Of a DNA stretch of 64,000 nt, positions 40,537 to 48,845 are shown in pieces; within the stretch, counting starts at the first letter, position 1, and each line of letters begins with the position of its first letter. The notes beneath the pieces are model-generated. The model was given only the letters and a program-made list of their open reading frames with translations, made no database searches and was not told the origin of the DNA. Made by a program: the position numbers and the translations under genes. Origin of the DNA: an uncultured Cryomorphaceae bacterium (GTDB lineage Bacteria > Bacteroidota > Bacteroidia > Flavobacteriales_D > Cryomorphaceae); contig CAVVKG010000008.1 of assembly GCA_963748925.1 (NCBI GenBank), forward strand, positions 233,335-297,334, in the 5' to 3' direction.

Positions 40537-42258
40537 ATGAAGAAAATTTACCTATTTGCACTCTCTGCTATGTTCGGCGTTTCGGCTATGGCTCAAGTGA
40601 GTGTAACTTTTCAAGTTGACATGAATGGCCAAACGGTTTCTCCGAATGGAGTTCATGTAGCCGGTAACTGGCAAGACGAAGCAGGATATCCTGCTGAATG
40701 GGAGCCTGGAACTGCTGAAATGACAGATGATGATAGTGACGGAATTTACAGCCTTACTGTTGATATCCCTGCTGGTCAGTATGAGTATAAATTTATAAAT
40801 GACAATAATTGGGGTCCTGGAGAAGAAGGGATTCCAGTTATATCTCAAAAAGGTGGAGGTACCAGCAATCGCGTGTTTATAGTAACTGATTGGCATGGTA
40901 ATACTGACAACCTTCCCGATGGGTTTATGCTACCGGCAATTGAATTTGGTGGATCTGCACCGGCCGGCGAAGTAGCTGTAAGATTAGTAGTTGATATGGC
41001 TGCACAATCAGAAATTTCTGAACTTGGTGTTCACGTAGCGGGAACTCTACTAGATCCAGAATGGACTCCAGCGTATGGTACTATGTTTAATAGTAGCAAT
41101 TCACAGTACGCATACATAGCTAATGTTGATCCCGATGCAACTTATTCATATAAATTTCTGAATGGGAATGATTGGGGTATGGATGAATGGACTGGAGGTA
41201 TTCCCCCAGCACCAGAAGAATGTACTACTGGAGGAAATAGAGCGGTGACAGTTGTTGCTGATGACGTTACGATTCCAACTGTGTGCTATGAAGCTTGTGA
41301 AACATGTGCTGACCCGGGTATAGTTACCCTTACAGTTGATATGAGCAACGAGACACTAATTAATGGTGTCGCTTATGTGGCCGGATCTTTTAACGGCTTC
41401 TCTGACGAAGAAATGACTGATAATGGAGACGGAACCTTTTCTGCAGAATACACTTTAGAACCAGGTACTTATGAGTTTAAATTCAAAAATCAACCTGGGA
41501 ATGATGGTTGGGAACTTGTGCCAGACGCTTGTCAAGGAGAAGGAACAGATAATCGGGCTTTTACGGTTGGAGAAGCGGAGGAACTATCTGTAACTAGCTG
41601 CTTTGAGCAATGTGTTGAGGTTTGTATACCCAATCCAGATCCTTCAGATATCACCTTCAGAGTAAATATGATGAATGTAACTGTTGCTCCGGAAGGTGTT
41701 TGGGTAATGGGTAGTTTTACATCTCCTAATTGGCAACCTGGTGCTATCCAAATGACTGATGCAGATTCTGATGGAATTTATGAAGTAACTGTTGAAGATG
41801 TTTCTGGATCGGCAGATATTGCCTACAAATTTGCAAATGGGGACCCAATGACAACTGAAGAAACCGGTGATTTCGCTGCCGGAGGTTGTGGATTTGCTAC
41901 TGACCTAGGTGGTTTTAACCGATCCCTTGTAAGAACGGGCGAGCCGATGGTATTGGACGTGGTATGTTATAATTCTTGTGCCGACTGCGTTGTTGGACTT
42001 GAAGAAAATGTACTAGGCAGTGTCTCTATTTTCCCCAATCCTTCAAATGGAATTAGCTACATTGATATTGAAAATCCAAATGGATACACATTGAGAATGA
42101 ATCTTGTGGATATTACGGGTAAAACGGTTACGGAAAACATTCTGTTGAACTCAACTAGAAATGAAATCAATACTAAAAACCTGAATGCAGGTCTTTACTT
42201 CCTTAATATCGTAAACGAGCACAACGACCGTGCAGTTTACAAATTGATGGTGAAGTAA
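40537..42258 (+). CDS. T9SS type-A cargo made of four ~115-aa carbohydrate-binding-like repeats
   Basis: Signal peptide. Four units with the pattern V.F.VDM...GV.VAG.F..W.P....MTD.D.DGIY......G.YEYKF.NG..W, each closed by a C..C..C motif. C-terminal SIFPNPSNGISYI...GLYFLNI sorting domain. Confidence 0.8.
   Translation: MKKIYLFALSAMFGVSAMAQVSVTFQVDMNGQTVSPNGVHVAGNWQDEAGYPAEWEPGTAEMTDDDSDGIYSLTVDIPAGQYEYKFINDNNWGPGEEGIPVISQKGGGTSNRVFIVTDWHGNTDNLPDGFMLPAIEFGGSAPAGEVAVRLVVDMAAQSEISELGVHVAGTLLDPEWTPAYGTMFNSSNSQYAYIANVDPDATYSYKFLNGNDWGMDEWTGGIPPAPEECTTGGNRAVTVVADDVTIPTVCYEACETCADPGIVTLTVDMSNETLINGVAYVAGSFNGFSDEEMTDNGDGTFSAEYTLEPGTYEFKFKNQPGNDGWELVPDACQGEGTDNRAFTVGEAEELSVTSCFEQCVEVCIPNPDPSDITFRVNMMNVTVAPEGVWVMGSFTSPNWQPGAIQMTDADSDGIYEVTVEDVSGSADIAYKFANGDPMTTEETGDFAAGGCGFATDLGGFNRSLVRTGEPMVLDVVCYNSCADCVVGLEENVLGSVSIFPNPSNGISYIDIENPNGYTLRMNLVDITGKTVTENILLNSTRNEINTKNLNAGLYFLNIVNEHNDRAVYKLMVK
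40597..41992 (+). repeat. four tandem CBM-like coding repeats
   Basis: The units start VSVTFQVDM, VAVRLVVDM, IVTLTVDM and DITFRVNM. Boundaries are approximate. Confidence 0.6.
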
Positions 42259-42280
42259 TTTCAACATTGTAATAATTTTA

Positions 42281-42310
42281 AAGGGCGACCATTTTGGTCG
42301 CCCTTTTTTT
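42281..42310 (+). terminator. rho-independent terminator
   Basis: 10-bp stem aagggcgacc / ggtcgccctt with loop atttt, followed by a T-run. Confidence 0.85.
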
Positions 42311-42634
42311 ATTGATTAAAACCAAAATACGTGGTAGAAACTAACCTCACTGTTGGGGAATTTTATATCCAATTTAAAACCTGGGAGGGCAAATTTATTA
42401 TTGAAAATTAAAATGTAAAAGATTATTTCTTCCATGGCTAAGTTCCTGTTTCTATGATGAGATATATTTTTAAATAGTTGTATTTCAGTATTTTAAATTG
42501 AAATTTCTATCGGGAAGTTTGCCTACTTTCTTCTCGTTAGGAGCATAAGAATTATAGAATAATACTGGCTTTAATTTAAATCGGTATCTGGTTTGATATA
42601 ATGTAGACATACTAATCATCAAAAAACATTTATT

Positions 42635-42790
42635 ATGCTACAATGGATTATAATTTTCGCAGTATTAGCACTTATTGCTGCCGTTTTAGGTTTTGGAGGT
42701 ATGGCTAAAGGTTTTGCCGGAATCGCCAAAATACTATTCTACATATTCCTAATCATTTTGGTAATAGCCCTTATATCGTCCGCGTTTTAG
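42635..42790 (+). CDS. DUF1328/UPF0391-family small membrane protein (51 aa; not in the ORF track)
   Basis: ATG at 42635 to TAG at 42788-42790 gives MLQWIIIFAVLALIAAVLGFGGMAKGFAGIAKILFYIFLIILVIALISSAF. The LGFGG.A....IAKILF core is characteristic of the YtjA-like family. An imperfect hairpin plus T7 follows at about 42821-42866. Confidence 0.7.
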   Translation: MLQWIIIFAVLALIAAVLGFGGMAKGFAGIAKILFYIFLIILVIALISSAF

Positions 42791-42930
42791 GTAGGTTATT
42801 CGCTTAAATATTAAAGCTCTCATTGCTCTGAACCATTGGAAAACCAGAGTAATGGGGGTTTTTTTGTGCCTTTTTTTTCATGAAAGTGCTTTAAAGTGAA
42901 TTAGGAGAATTTTTAACTCCAATCTATCCC

Positions 42931-42958
42931 TTGCTTAGCCCCGACTTTCGTACTTTTG
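42931..42958 (+). promoter_or_regulatory. Bacteroidota-type promoter candidate (TTG at 42931-42933, TACTTTTG at 42951-42958)
   Basis: Exact match to the TAnnTTTG -7 consensus, 17 nt after a TTG. The box ends only 4 nt (5 positions) before the ATG at 42963. Confidence 0.35.
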
Positions 42959-42962
42959 GTAG

Positions 42963-44348
42963 ATGAAAGGTTTTCACTTATTTTTATGTGTGTTTTTTAT
43001 TTCTTTATATGCTGAAGCACAAAAGGTTATAGTTGTTGATGCCTTGCCAGCAAACACGCCCGCAGAAGCAACAGTATATTTAGCGGGAGAAATCAATAGC
43101 TGGAATCCTGGTGATGAAGCCTACACATTCGCGGAAGTAGGAGAATATTTGCAATTTACACTTCCCGAATCTACACCACAAATCTTTGAAGGAAAGCTTA
43201 CCAGGGGATCCTGGGCAAGTGCGGAAGGCAGCGAAGGTGGAGGCTACATTCCCAATAGAATCTTTAATTTCTCTACTACCGACACCATTCATATCACCGT
43301 TTTATCGTGGGAAGATTTAGGCGGCTCCGCGAGCGATTTGCCCCCCAATGTGGTAACACTCAGTGCCGATTTCTACATGCCACAACTCGATAGAAATAGG
43401 CGAGTCCGCCTTTTTCTGCCTTCAGAGTATGAAACTTCAACGGCAGATTATCCGGTGCTTTATATGCACGACGGCCAGAATCTATTTAGCGCCCAGGAAG
43501 CCTTTGCTGGCGAATGGGAAGTTGATGAAGCACTTCTGGCATTTGAAGATGCCGGGTACTCGGGTGCCATCGTGGTAGCGATAGACAATGGAGGATCTTA
43601 CAGAATAGGAGAGTATACACCCTGGGCTAATCCCCAATATGGCGGTGGCGATGGAGAGGCCTATATGGAGTTTGTTGTGAATACCCTGAAGCCTTATGTC
43701 GATGAGAATTACCGCACCCTTTCAGATCGCGAAAATACCGGAATAATGGGTAGTTCTCTCGGAGGTCTTATTTCACACTATGGTGCTCTGGCTTATCAGA
43801 ATGTTTTTTCAAAAGTTGGTGTCTTTTCTCCATCCTTTTGGTTCACAGATGATATATATTCTTTTTCTTACTCTACAGGACATCAGGCTAATATGCGTAT
43901 GTATTTCCTCGCGGGGGGAAATGAGAGCGCATCTCTTGAAGGAGATGTGATCAGTATGATGGATACACTCGAATCAGCTGGTTTCAACGAAAGCGAAATG
44001 CAGTTCAAATTTGTTCCGGATGGAGAGCACAGTGAATGGTTTTGGGCTCAGGAGTTTCCCGATGCATTCGAGTGGCTTTATCTCTCATCTGTTACAGCCA
44101 TAAATAATGTTGAACCCGATGTGGAGGTTACGCTCTTTCCAAACCCTATTGGTGACACGCTTAATTTTACTCTTCCCCGAAAGGCGGAAAATACCAATGT
44201 TGAAATTTTTGACACCCTTGGCCGCTCCGTGCTCGTGTTTGCCGGAGAGGAAAACCATATCGATGTATCGAGTTTATCAAAAGGAACATATGTAGTCAAA
44301 ATTCATTTTGATAATGTGACTGAAACGCACAATATTATCAAGTTATGA
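42963..44348 (+). CDS. secreted esterase-D/'putative esterase' family alpha/beta hydrolase with N-terminal CBM-like module and T9SS type-A domain
   Basis: Signal peptide. An N-terminal ~100-aa beta-sandwich-like module (VYLAGEINSWNPGD...). YPVLYMHDGQNLF and the nucleophile elbow GSSLGG. C-terminal LFPNPIGDTLNF...GTYVVKI. Confidence 0.75.
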   Translation: MKGFHLFLCVFFISLYAEAQKVIVVDALPANTPAEATVYLAGEINSWNPGDEAYTFAEVGEYLQFTLPESTPQIFEGKLTRGSWASAEGSEGGGYIPNRIFNFSTTDTIHITVLSWEDLGGSASDLPPNVVTLSADFYMPQLDRNRRVRLFLPSEYETSTADYPVLYMHDGQNLFSAQEAFAGEWEVDEALLAFEDAGYSGAIVVAIDNGGSYRIGEYTPWANPQYGGGDGEAYMEFVVNTLKPYVDENYRTLSDRENTGIMGSSLGGLISHYGALAYQNVFSKVGVFSPSFWFTDDIYSFSYSTGHQANMRMYFLAGGNESASLEGDVISMMDTLESAGFNESEMQFKFVPDGEHSEWFWAQEFPDAFEWLYLSSVTAINNVEPDVEVTLFPNPIGDTLNFTLPRKAENTNVEIFDTLGRSVLVFAGEENHIDVSSLSKGTYVVKIHFDNVTETHNIIKL

Positions 44349-46555
44349 GAGCGCTAATCCTTTTTTTTCTCTTCTGTTCTTCCTCGGTTGTTGCGCAGTT
44401 TTTTCCTGAGAATGGGGTACTCTATACTGCAGATGAGATTCCGAAAATTCATATTTCGATTGATGTCGACAGTCTGGAAGAACTCTATCTGGAAGAAAAT
44501 TGGTATTCCGATTACCATTACCAGGCTCAATTTGTATTTGAAACTCAAACTGGATTTGATACGCTAAATAATGTTGGGTTTCGCTTTCGCGGAAATACAT
44601 CCAGAGATAAGATTAAGAAATCATTTAAAGTCTCATTTAACACTTATGAGCCTGGACGTAAATTTCACGGTGTAGAAAAGCTAAACCTCAATGCAGAAAC
44701 CAATGATCCTTCCATGATCCGGTCCCGGATAGGATGGGATTTGTGTCGTGAAATGGGTATTGTTGCCTCCCGATCAAACCATGTAGAAGTTTATGTAAAT
44801 GGAGACTATTATGGTCTTTATCAGAATATCGAACACATAGATGAGGAGTTTACCGAGAGTAGATTTGGGAACAATAGTGGGAACCTCTATAAATGTTCCT
44901 ATCCGGCAAATCTGGATTTTATTTCTAACAACCCGAACGACTACAAACTAGCCCCGTATGGAACCAGAACTTACGAGTTAAAAACTAACACTGAGTTAGA
45001 CGACTACTCAAAGCTGGCTGAGTTTATAGGCTTTTTAAACCAATCATCCGATGAGGATTTTGAATGTAATTTTCAAGAGTATTTTAACGTAAATGCTTAT
45101 TTGAAAATAGCTGCTTTTGACGTTCTGACAGGGAATTGGGATGGATACATTTATAATAACAACAATTATTATCTGTATGAAAATCCACTTTCGGGACGAA
45201 TAGATTACATTCCGTATGACCTTGATAATACCTGGGGGATAGATTGGATGGGACTGGTTTGGTCAGGTCGGGATATTTATAACTATGACCGGGAAGATGA
45301 GCCCCGCCCGTTATTCACGCGCTTAATGGAACAAGATGAATTCAGAGATATCTTCACCTGGCAAGTGCGAAATATGTTTGAAAACCATTTTAATACCGCA
45401 GCTCATAGAACAGCTATAGAAAGCTTACACGATTTTATTACCAGTAGCGCCATCGCTGATCCTTATCGCCCACTTGATTTCGGACACGGCACTGATGATT
45501 TCTTGAATGCACTTGATGAGGCAAGTGGGGCACATGTACAAAATGGCATTTTTGACTATGCCGATATTCGGGAAGAAACTGCAGAGAATGATCTTGAAAA
45601 CACCACTATTGCTCCCGTTTTTCTACAAGTCGAAACTGAGTATGGCAACCTTCCCGATGCTTGGGAGGTTATCGTTTATTTTGATGGTCCTGATGAAGCT
45701 CTGGCCACTTTCTCATATTCCATTAACGGAGTAAATCAGGACAATATTGAAGTGGTGCCAGATGAAAATATGGCAACATTCTCAATTGACCTTCCACTGG
45801 GTGAGGTTGAGTTGGATTATAATATCGAAGTTACAGGTCTAAACGCACTAAGCCGAAGTGCCTTTTGCCAAAGTAAAACGGTTATTTTTAACCAGCCTAA
45901 TCCACAAATTGTTATCAATGAATTGATGGCGAGTAATCAGAGTGTGATTTATGACGAAAATGGTGATTATGCCGATTGGATTGAGCTATATAATAGTAGC
46001 GAGGTCCCGGTCAATCTCAGTAAATACTACTTAAGCGATAATAATAGCGCTCCTTTCAAATGGCAACTGCCGGATGTAACGATGAACCCTGGCGGTTATT
46101 TACTTTTGTGGGCCGATAATGATCCCGAAGAAGGACCTTTGCATACCAATTTCAACATTAGTGCTCAAGGCGAAAATATATTTCTTTTTAGAAATCAGAG
46201 TGATGTGCTTACCCTAATCGATTGGGTTGATATGCCTGCTTTACCGGCAAATTATTCTTACGGTCGTGAAGTTGATGCAGCTCCCAATTGGATTAATTTC
46301 TCTGTTCCCACACCAAATGCTGCAAATCAAATTATTGATGGCTTGGCAGAACTGAATTCTGTGGGAATATCAGTATTTCCCAACCCGACAACGGGAATGA
46401 TCTACTTTTCTCAATTTTCTGAATATCGGTTGAGTGACCTTTCAGGACGCTCACTGATTGATGGAAAAAGTTCTGAGATTGATCTTAGCAGCTTTGCAGA
46501 AGGCGTTTACCTGCTAAATCTTGACGGCATTACTTTAAGGGTACTAAAGAATTGA
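44345..46555 (+). CDS. CotH-family protein with lamin-tail domain and T9SS type-A domain
   Basis: CotH-like blocks (FRFRGNTSR..KKSFKV, LNLNAETNDPSMIR, NWDGYIYNNNNYYLYE). Lamin-tail-like segment (INELMASN...DWIELYNSS..VNLSKYYLSD). C-terminal VFPNPTTGMIYF...GVYLLNL. The start overlaps the esterase stop (ATGA). Confidence 0.8.
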   Translation: MRALILFFLFCSSSVVAQFFPENGVLYTADEIPKIHISIDVDSLEELYLEENWYSDYHYQAQFVFETQTGFDTLNNVGFRFRGNTSRDKIKKSFKVSFNTYEPGRKFHGVEKLNLNAETNDPSMIRSRIGWDLCREMGIVASRSNHVEVYVNGDYYGLYQNIEHIDEEFTESRFGNNSGNLYKCSYPANLDFISNNPNDYKLAPYGTRTYELKTNTELDDYSKLAEFIGFLNQSSDEDFECNFQEYFNVNAYLKIAAFDVLTGNWDGYIYNNNNYYLYENPLSGRIDYIPYDLDNTWGIDWMGLVWSGRDIYNYDREDEPRPLFTRLMEQDEFRDIFTWQVRNMFENHFNTAAHRTAIESLHDFITSSAIADPYRPLDFGHGTDDFLNALDEASGAHVQNGIFDYADIREETAENDLENTTIAPVFLQVETEYGNLPDAWEVIVYFDGPDEALATFSYSINGVNQDNIEVVPDENMATFSIDLPLGEVELDYNIEVTGLNALSRSAFCQSKTVIFNQPNPQIVINELMASNQSVIYDENGDYADWIELYNSSEVPVNLSKYYLSDNNSAPFKWQLPDVTMNPGGYLLLWADNDPEEGPLHTNFNISAQGENIFLFRNQSDVLTLIDWVDMPALPANYSYGREVDAAPNWINFSVPTPNAANQIIDGLAELNSVGISVFPNPTTGMIYFSQFSEYRLSDLSGRSLIDGKSSEIDLSSFAEGVYLLNLDGITLRVLKN

Positions 46556-46597
46556 CCTTTCACTATGGGGGAAATAATTCTTAGGCATAAAACAAAA

Positions 46598-47752
46598 TCA
46601 CTCTTCAATCCGGGAAATCAAATTCTTCATTTCTGTTGAATCCTCTCCAGAATTTTCAGCGCTTTTTATCGCTTCTTTGGCCAATTCAAGCGCTCTCTCT
46701 TTGTTTTGCAACTGATACTCAATCATGGCTGCAGTTGATTGGTAAGGGTAGGTGGGGTTAGAGTCAATTACTTGCTTCATCCAGTTAGTAGCCTTGGTAA
46801 GAGCTTCTGTATTGGTGGTATTTTGGTAAAGATTGATGGCAATATCATTTAGCCAATCATCATTGCGCAAATCAGTATTCCTGGCCAGTTCTGAACCAAG
46901 ATCAGCATAAAGATTCCAATTACCGGACATTTGATAGTAATACAACTGATACCGAATTTTATAAAGTTCTGCGTCGTCACCAAGCAGGCGATTTGCCTTT
47001 CTCATTGATTCGTAGAGCATAGATTCACTTTGATTTTTAATCGCTTTTTTCACATCCTGATATACAAACGAGCTAAGTTCTTCAAGCACTTCATCGCGAC
47101 CATATCGCTCACTCAAAATCTCCTTGCTTTCAATGATTTTTCCGGTGTATTCTTCTGGAGTCGGAAGGGTGTAAATTACTGCCCAGCTTACTTCGTCGGT
47201 TATGCTGTCGCGTGAGGCAAGAAACGATTTGATTTGTGAATCCGATGGAAAAATGCGTTCATCTGTCGGGTTGCGAAAATCAATATACCATTCCGGAAAA
47301 TCCAGATCGAAGTTCATAGGGTCCTCTAATGGTTTATAAACTGCGGCAGAATCAAGTGTGAGGTTCGCTAAATCGAGAAAAGAATCGGAATCTAATTTTC
47401 CACTGAATCGTCGAATAAGTCGTCCTTTTGAATTGAAAAAAAGATGCTCGGGAGCCCTTTTGATCCGGTATTTCATTGCGAATTTTGATCCAAACGGTGT
47501 TTCAATGTTTTGTTTCAACGGTATAAAGTTTTGGTTTAAAACGTCGCTCACGGATGAATCGGAAAATACTGTTGCCTCCATTTCATCACAGGGAACACAC
47601 CAGGATGTAACCGCAAAAACATATACCAATTTATCTTTTTGCTCAGCCAAACCTACAGCCTCTTGAAAGCTTGATTCACTAAAATCTGTTTGAGCCAGGA
47701 GAGAACTGTATGAAATAAAAAGAAAGACAATTGAAAGGAGATGATTGGACAT
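46598..47752 (-). CDS. secreted thioredoxin-fold protein with helical-repeat C-terminal half
   Basis: Signal peptide from the ATG at 47752 (MSNHLLSIVFLFISYSSLLAQ). WCVPC redox motif in the context VYVFAVTSWCVPCDEM. The C-terminal region is TPR-like by composition only. Confidence 0.6.
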   Translation of the reverse strand: MSNHLLSIVFLFISYSSLLAQTDFSESSFQEAVGLAEQKDKLVYVFAVTSWCVPCDEMEATVFSDSSVSDVLNQNFIPLKQNIETPFGSKFAMKYRIKRAPEHLFFNSKGRLIRRFSGKLDSDSFLDLANLTLDSAAVYKPLEDPMNFDLDFPEWYIDFRNPTDERIFPSDSQIKSFLASRDSITDEVSWAVIYTLPTPEEYTGKIIESKEILSERYGRDEVLEELSSFVYQDVKKAIKNQSESMLYESMRKANRLLGDDAELYKIRYQLYYYQMSGNWNLYADLGSELARNTDLRNDDWLNDIAINLYQNTTNTEALTKATNWMKQVIDSNPTYPYQSTAAMIEYQLQNKERALELAKEAIKSAENSGEDSTEMKNLISRIEE

Positions 47753-47959
47753 ATATAAACAGAATGAATTCTTCAAAAATAGAGTGAATTGTCAGTAATT
47801 ACGGTATTTTTGTATAAAAATTGGGAAACAATCTTTGAGTACTCAATTTAAAAATCTCTGTTCGCCTTTTACAGAGTTGATAAAGGAAGAACCGGTTGCT
47901 AATTTTGGGCTTTCAAGTTTTTTCCATTATTTTTAAATCAAACCAATATATCTGTGATT

Positions 47960-48676
47960 ATGGCAAGTGTTTGCAATTCTGAAACGAATCTTGGTTGCGC
48001 TTTATGTAAAACCCACCATAAATCTTTGTTTGGAGGATTAGCTTTTGAGGACCAAAGTATGGTAGATCAGGCCAAGACCTGTACCAATTACAAAAAGGGA
48101 CAAGTACTTTTTCATGAGGGCACAAGGCCCCTGGGTGTATTTTGTATTAGCTCAGGCCGCATCAAAGTATACAGAGTAGGCCTTGACGGTAAAGAGCAGA
48201 TTATCAAAATTTCCGCAGCAGGTGATCTTTTGGGATACAAAGCTCTCATTTCAGATCACCATTATATGCTTAGCGCCGAGGCTCTCGAAGATTGTATGAT
48301 TTGTTTCGTTCCAAAGGATGAGTTTTTGGATCTTCTCAAGCCAGGTTCTCATTTTTATATGAATTTACTAAAGACAGTTTGCGAAGAACATGGCACCTTT
48401 GCTTCTAAAATCACTGAAATGGCTCAGCTTTCGGTGCGCCAAAGACTTGCTTTGAGTCTGCTTATGCTGAATAAAACGTATGGAATGGAGCAGGCTGAGA
48501 ATGAAGAAATTCAAATTAATCTTTCACGGGAGGATCTGGCAAATATCGTTGGTACCGCTACCGAATCGCTTATCAGATTGCTCAACGAGTTTAAAAAAGA
48601 TGGGTTCATTGAAACCCATGGTAGAAAGATAGAAGTGAAAGATCAGAATGGCCTTTTGCAGGCATCCAAAAGATAA
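47960..48676 (+). CDS. Crp/Fnr-family transcriptional regulator with N-terminal Cys cluster (Fnr-like)
   Basis: cNMP-binding-type beta-barrel (GVFCISSGRIKVY...GDLLGY). C-terminal HTH (SREDLANIVGTATESLIRLLNEFKKDG). N-terminal C-x7-C-x2-C (CNSETNLGCALC). It lies directly upstream of the cbb3 cluster. Confidence 0.85.
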   Translation: MASVCNSETNLGCALCKTHHKSLFGGLAFEDQSMVDQAKTCTNYKKGQVLFHEGTRPLGVFCISSGRIKVYRVGLDGKEQIIKISAAGDLLGYKALISDHHYMLSAEALEDCMICFVPKDEFLDLLKPGSHFYMNLLKTVCEEHGTFASKITEMAQLSVRQRLALSLLMLNKTYGMEQAENEEIQINLSREDLANIVGTATESLIRLLNEFKKDGFIETHGRKIEVKDQNGLLQASKR

Positions 48677-48758
48677 ATTGGCTTCAAATATTTAGCAGAA
48701 AATCTTGTAGGCCGCAGTTCAATTTACCGCTTAGATTAGACCCTAAACCGGCTTCTAT

Positions 48759-48776
48759 AACTGATAAAAGTCAGTT
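48759..48776. promoter_or_regulatory. Crp/Fnr-type palindrome AACTGA-N6-TCAGTT
   Basis: aactgataaaagtcagtt has perfect 6-bp arms and is centred 78 nt before the ATG at 48846. The 16-mer aactgataaaagtcag recurs exactly at 52017-52032. Confidence 0.45.
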
Positions 48777-48783
48777 TTTTACG

Positions 48784-48795
48784 TGATTCAAATCA
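48784..48795. promoter_or_regulatory. Fnr-box-like TGAT-N4-ATCA
   Basis: gTGATtcaaATCAt matches the core of the classical TTGAT-N4-ATCAA box. Its centre is 22 bp downstream of the centre of the 48759-48776 palindrome. Confidence 0.4.
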
Positions 48796-48845
48796 TTTTA
48801 TAAGCTAAAACATATATCGACTTTGTGCATATCAATTGCCTTGTT

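Noticed and set aside
47856-47876. Hairpin ctctgt-N9-acagag followed by TTGATAAAGG upstream of the Fnr-like gene, considered as a possible autoregulatory box.
   Set aside because: Only one TTGAT half-site is present with no symmetric partner, and the 6-bp stem has no T-run.
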